Of a DNA stretch of 64,000 nucleotides, positions 60,909 through 64,000 are shown in pieces. This stretch comes from an uncultured Ignavibacteria bacterium (GTDB lineage Bacteria; Bacteroidota; Ignavibacteria; UBA10030; UBA6906): contig CAVPBI010000022.1 in NCBI GenBank assembly GCA_963701735.1, forward strand, positions 72,604 to 136,603, given 5' to 3'. The notes under the pieces were generated by a model. It was given only the letters and a program-made list of their open reading frames with translations. It made no database searches and was not told the origin of the DNA. The position numbers and the translations under genes are program-made. How positions within the stretch are numbered: position 1 is the stretch's first letter; every line of letters starts with the position of its first letter.

Positions 60909-60938
60909 GGTGTTACCTTTTCTTACAATCGTGTTACA
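60909..60938 (+). promoter_or_regulatory. Direct repeat GTGTTAC-N15-GTGTTAC immediately upstream of nikR (possible operator)
   Basis: ggtGTTACCttttcttacaatcGTGTTACAgc ends 3 bp before the nikR ATG. Confidence 0.25.
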
Positions 60939-60940
60939 GC

Positions 60941-61441
60941 ATGCCACCCCTGACCCGATTCGGCGTTTCCATCGACAGCACCCTGATCCGGCGGTTTGAC
61001 CGGTTCCTGAAGGACCACGGCTACCCGAACCGGTCCGAGGCGTTCCGCGACCTCATCCGCGCGAGGCTGGTGGAAGAAGAGGTGCGCGACGACTTCACGC
61101 ACGCGCTCGGAGTCCTGACACTCGTCTACGACCACCACAAGCGCGACCTCGCCACGCGCCTCGGACAGGTGCAGCACGATCACCACGCAGCGATCATCTC
61201 GACGACGCACGTGCACATCACCCATGACACGTGCCTCGAAGTGATCCTGCTCCGCGGCCACGCCGGCGAGCTCCGGTCGCTCGCTGCGGCCATCGCCACC
61301 CTGAAGGGCATCCAGCACAGCAAGCTCGTCCTCACCTCCACCGAAGACCAGAACCATGACACGCATCATCGCCACCATCATCACGTTGCTCGCACTGGGC
61401 GTGCAGGCAAGCCTCGCCGCCGGCCCGGACGCACAGCCTGA
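60941..61441 (+). CDS. nikR: Nickel-responsive regulator NikR (ribbon-helix-helix + metal-binding ACT-like domain)
   Basis: RHH GVSIDSTLIRRFDRFLKDHGYPNRSEAFRDLIR. Nickel-site residues …HHKRDLATR…HVHITHDTCLEVILLRGH…. The true stop probably lies earlier than 61441 (His-rich tail), overlapping the receptor gene. Confidence 0.8.
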   Translation: MPPLTRFGVSIDSTLIRRFDRFLKDHGYPNRSEAFRDLIRARLVEEEVRDDFTHALGVLTLVYDHHKRDLATRLGQVQHDHHAAIISTTHVHITHDTCLEVILLRGHAGELRSLAAAIATLKGIQHSKLVLTSTEDQNHDTHHRHHHHVARTGRAGKPRRRPGRTA

Positions 61442-63197
61442 TACCACGCGCACGTACCAGATCGATCCGATCGTCGTGACCGCGACGTTCACGGAGGCGC
61501 TCCGGAGCGGCGTGCCCAACGCCGTCTCCGTCATTTCCCGGGAGGACATCCGGCGTTCCGGCGAGACGTCGGTCCTCTCGGTGGTCAACAAGCGCGTGCC
61601 GGGCGTGTTCATCACGGAACGGGGGGTGCTGGGATACGGCGCTGGCCCGGGAGCCGCCGGGGGCATCACCATCCGCGGAACGGGCGGGAGCCCCAACACG
61701 CAGGTGCTGGTGCTGACCGACGGCAGGCCCCAGATGATGGGTCTCTTCGGACATCCCCTGCCCGACACGTACGTGACCTCCGGCGTGGAGCGCGTCGAGG
61801 TCATCCGCGGACCCGCCTCGCTCCTGCACGGCACGAACGCGATGGGCGGCGTCATGAACATCATCTACGACTATCGCCCCGGCGCCGGCCCGTTCGCGGA
61901 TGCGGGAATTTCCTACGGCACCTTCGCGACGAAGAAGTATGAGCTCCGCACCGGCTACGGGTTCGATCGCGGAGGCGTCTCGATCGCCGGCAATTACTAC
62001 GACACGGATGGGCACCGACCGTACTCGTCCTTCAGGGTCGCCAACGGGGCGTTTCGCTTCGGGACCTCGCTCTCCGAACTGTTCTCGCTCAGCGCGGACC
62101 TGGCGCTGTCGAAGTTCAAGACGTTTGACCCTGGCCCGGCGTCGACGCCGTATGTGGACCACTGGGTCGATATCCTGCGGGGCTCCAGCGGCCTTGCGCT
62201 CGAGAACCGGTCCTCAAACGTTCAGGGGGCCCTCAAGCTCTATTACAACTTCGGCGACCACGAGATCTATGACGGTTTCCGATCGACCGACGACAATGTC
62301 GGCGCGCTGCTGTATCAGGCGTTCCGTCCGTTGACGGACAACATCACGACAGCCGGGATCGACTTCAAGCGGTACGGCGGCGTCGCAAGAATATCACGAT
62401 CGGGACGCAACTTCGGCCGCCACTACGTCGAGGAGTACAGCGCATACCTCCTGACCCAGCAGGAACTCCTCGGCGCCTACACGGCAAGCGCCGGCGTCAG
62501 GATCAATCGAAACACCGTCACGGGCACCGAAGTCGTGCCGCAGCTCGGCCTTGCCGCGCGGCTCGGAGAAACGACGCTGCGAGCGAACGTCGGCAAAGGC
62601 TTCCGGAGCCCGACCATTCGCGAGCTCTACCTCTTCCCCGCGCCAACCCCGACATTGAAGGCCGAAAGGCTCTGGAGCTATGAGGCGGGCGTGCTGCACC
62701 GGTTCGCCGACCACGGGCAGATCGAGGTCTCGGGCTACCTTGCTGACGGCAGCAACCTGATTCGAACCGCAGGGGCATTCCCCAATCTTGTGCTCTCGAA
62801 TTCGGGGTCGTTCACCCACAAGGGGATCGAGATCAGCGGGAATTTCACGCCGGTGCAGTCGTTCGCCCTGGACGCCACCTACGGCTACCTCGATCCCGAC
62901 GAGCAGACCACGGCGAACCCGCGCCACAAGCTGTTCGTCGGCGCTTCGTACGGACTTTCCCTGATGACGTTCTCCGCATCCGTGCAGCATATCGCGCGGC
63001 TTTTCGGGGCGGACTTCAACCGGCAGCGCCTTCCGGACTACACGCTGGTCAACCTGAGGCTGTCGGCCCGGGTCGCGGCGGGGATGTCCGTGTATGTTGC
63101 GGCCGAAAACCTCTTCGACACCGACTACCAGATCGTGTACGACTATCCAATGCCCGGACGGACGGTGTTCGCCGGCCTGCGATGGAGCACGGAGTAG
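61356..63197 (+). CDS. TonB-dependent outer-membrane receptor (small, BtuB/FrpB-like; likely Ni/Co or corrinoid uptake)
   Basis: Signal MTRIIATIITLLALGVQASLAA. TonB box region …IDPIVVTATF…. Plug …GGITIRGTGGSPNTQVLVLTDGRP…. C-terminal …VFAGLRWSTE. Confidence 0.85.
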   Translation: MTRIIATIITLLALGVQASLAAGPDAQPDTTRTYQIDPIVVTATFTEALRSGVPNAVSVISREDIRRSGETSVLSVVNKRVPGVFITERGVLGYGAGPGAAGGITIRGTGGSPNTQVLVLTDGRPQMMGLFGHPLPDTYVTSGVERVEVIRGPASLLHGTNAMGGVMNIIYDYRPGAGPFADAGISYGTFATKKYELRTGYGFDRGGVSIAGNYYDTDGHRPYSSFRVANGAFRFGTSLSELFSLSADLALSKFKTFDPGPASTPYVDHWVDILRGSSGLALENRSSNVQGALKLYYNFGDHEIYDGFRSTDDNVGALLYQAFRPLTDNITTAGIDFKRYGGVARISRSGRNFGRHYVEEYSAYLLTQQELLGAYTASAGVRINRNTVTGTEVVPQLGLAARLGETTLRANVGKGFRSPTIRELYLFPAPTPTLKAERLWSYEAGVLHRFADHGQIEVSGYLADGSNLIRTAGAFPNLVLSNSGSFTHKGIEISGNFTPVQSFALDATYGYLDPDEQTTANPRHKLFVGASYGLSLMTFSASVQHIARLFGADFNRQRLPDYTLVNLRLSARVAAGMSVYVAAENLFDTDYQIVYDYPMPGRTVFAGLRWSTE

Positions 63198-63202
63198 CGT
63201 TG

Positions 63203-63735
63203 TGTCCGGAGGGGTCACATACCGGGAGGGACTGACAGCCGGAGCGTTTGGCGCCGCGGCCCTGCTGCTTCCGTTCCTCTTTCATATGCTCCAGCTCGGC
63301 CACGTGTTCATGCCGATGTACATTCCCCTCGTGACCCTGGCGTTCTATGTCTCGCCAGCGGTTGCCATGACGACTGCGTGCCTGGTTCCCCTGTTGTCCT
63401 CAGTCCTGACAGGCATGCCTCCGCTGTACCCCCCGATTGCGCCGATCATGGCGCTTGAGCTTGCGTTCATGGCAGGGGCGATTGCGCTGTCCCGGCGGCG
63501 TCTGACAACCGTGCCGGCTCCGGGGATTCTGGTTGCCGTCCTGATCGCGGGGAGAATGCTGCACGTGGGGCTCGTGTATGTTGCATCGCTGGCCATGGAC
63601 CTTCCGGCCGGGTTTCTCGCAGGCGTGTCGGTCCTCACGGGCTGGCCGGGTGTGCTCCTCATGATTGTCGTGATCCCCGTTCTGTTGCGGGCGCGCCCCC
63701 CGCGGCACGTTCAACCGGAGGCGGGAACCCCATGA
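63203..63735 (+). CDS. Small polytopic membrane protein downstream of the TonB receptor (possible metal-uptake component); start uncertain (GTG/TTG)
   Basis: …GAFGAAALLLPFLFHMLQLGHVFMPMYIPLVTLAFYVSPAVAMTTACLVPLL… with about 5 transmembrane helices. Same strand as the receptor, 5-bp gap. Confidence 0.4.
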
Positions 63736-64000
63736 ACTCCGTTGCGGGCAACCGGGTGGAATACTTCGACGCGATCGCGCCGCGCTGGGAGAGCATCGTC
63801 GATTCCGGGAGAATCCGACAGCGCCTTTCGCCCGTGCTCGACGATCTGGGCATTGGGGCGGACGAGCAGATCCTTGATGTTGGCTGCGGGACGGGCATCC
63901 TCACGAGCTTGCTCCTTCCACGGCTGTCGCCTCGAGGACGCGTGAGCGCCGTCGACTTTTCGGGCGCCATGCTGGACCTGGCCCGCGAGAAGGTTTCGGA
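63733..64000 (+). CDS. Class I SAM-dependent methyltransferase (3'-truncated at window edge)
   Basis: Motif I ILDVGCGTGILTSLL. Confidence 0.7.

Noticed and set aside
1-64000. tRNA, rRNA or other structured RNA genes
   Set aside because: No T-loop/anticodon-arm-like sequences or rRNA-like conserved blocks were recognised by eye. The intergenic space is small (largest gap about 640 bp at 23.5-24.1 kb, which looks like a decayed ORF).

Overview
High-GC (~64%) bacterial contig, apparently from a diderm (Gram-negative-type) organism. Evidence for that envelope type: many small outer-membrane beta-barrel proteins, a TonB-dependent receptor, DUF4136 lipoproteins, an Omp85-like C-terminal barrel and PD40 beta-propellers. 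Coding density is high and most genes are on the minus strand. Gene content by region: (1) 1-4 kb, three co-directional transporters (GltP-family, NupC, a nucleobase-permease-like protein); (2) 4-10 kb, envelope genes, a frameshifted HpnH-like radical SAM enzyme, an aquaporin and a GH13 enzyme; (3) 11.7-16.2 kb, a sulfur-related cluster (SulP-STAS permease, BASS-family symporter, CoA-disulfide/persulfide reductase with rhodanese domain); (4) 16.3-22.8 kb, archaeal-type glucose dehydrogenase, a GH63 glucosidase, and a sigma-54 activator next to a candidate sigma-54 promoter; (5) 24-32 kb, assorted metabolic and envelope genes (enolase-superfamily OSBS/NSAR-like enzyme, glycerophosphodiester phosphodiesterase, glycerate kinase); (6) 32.4-40.8 kb, a long minus-strand operon combining a REC+RsbW-like kinase, a PrsW protease, a ~1000-aa HExxH peptidase/PD40/Omp85-barrel protein, an anti-sigma factor with a 12-aa tandem-repeat periplasmic domain, an ECF sigma factor, an RsbW/STAS partner-switch pair and a SIMPL protein; (7) 41-47 kb, FGGY kinase, FKBP isomerase, YchF, a Pro/Gly-rich tandem-repeat protein and a GT-C glycosyltransferase; (8) 47.4-54.3 kb, a GntR-regulated minus-strand cluster: Ddh-like amino-acid dehydrogenase, SelA/DgaE-like PLP enzyme, two small proteins, a fused N-terminal B12-binding mutase-like protein and a P-loop ATPase; (9) 54.4-64 kb, envelope genes, a NikR-TonB receptor nickel module and a partial methyltransferase. 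Caveat on sequence quality: I count about 20 reading-frame disruptions and 2 in-frame stops, roughly one per 3 kb; the two junctions read closely (GH63 at about 18845 and the LTXXQ paralog at about 58040) fall in homopolymer runs, and the remaining junctions were not inspected for homopolymers. This pattern most likely reflects indel-prone sequencing rather than biology, so affected genes are annotated as single CDSs with notes. The two strongest candidates for an undescribed system are the B12 + PLP cluster (47.4-54.3 kb) and the composite envelope-signalling operon (32.4-40.8 kb).
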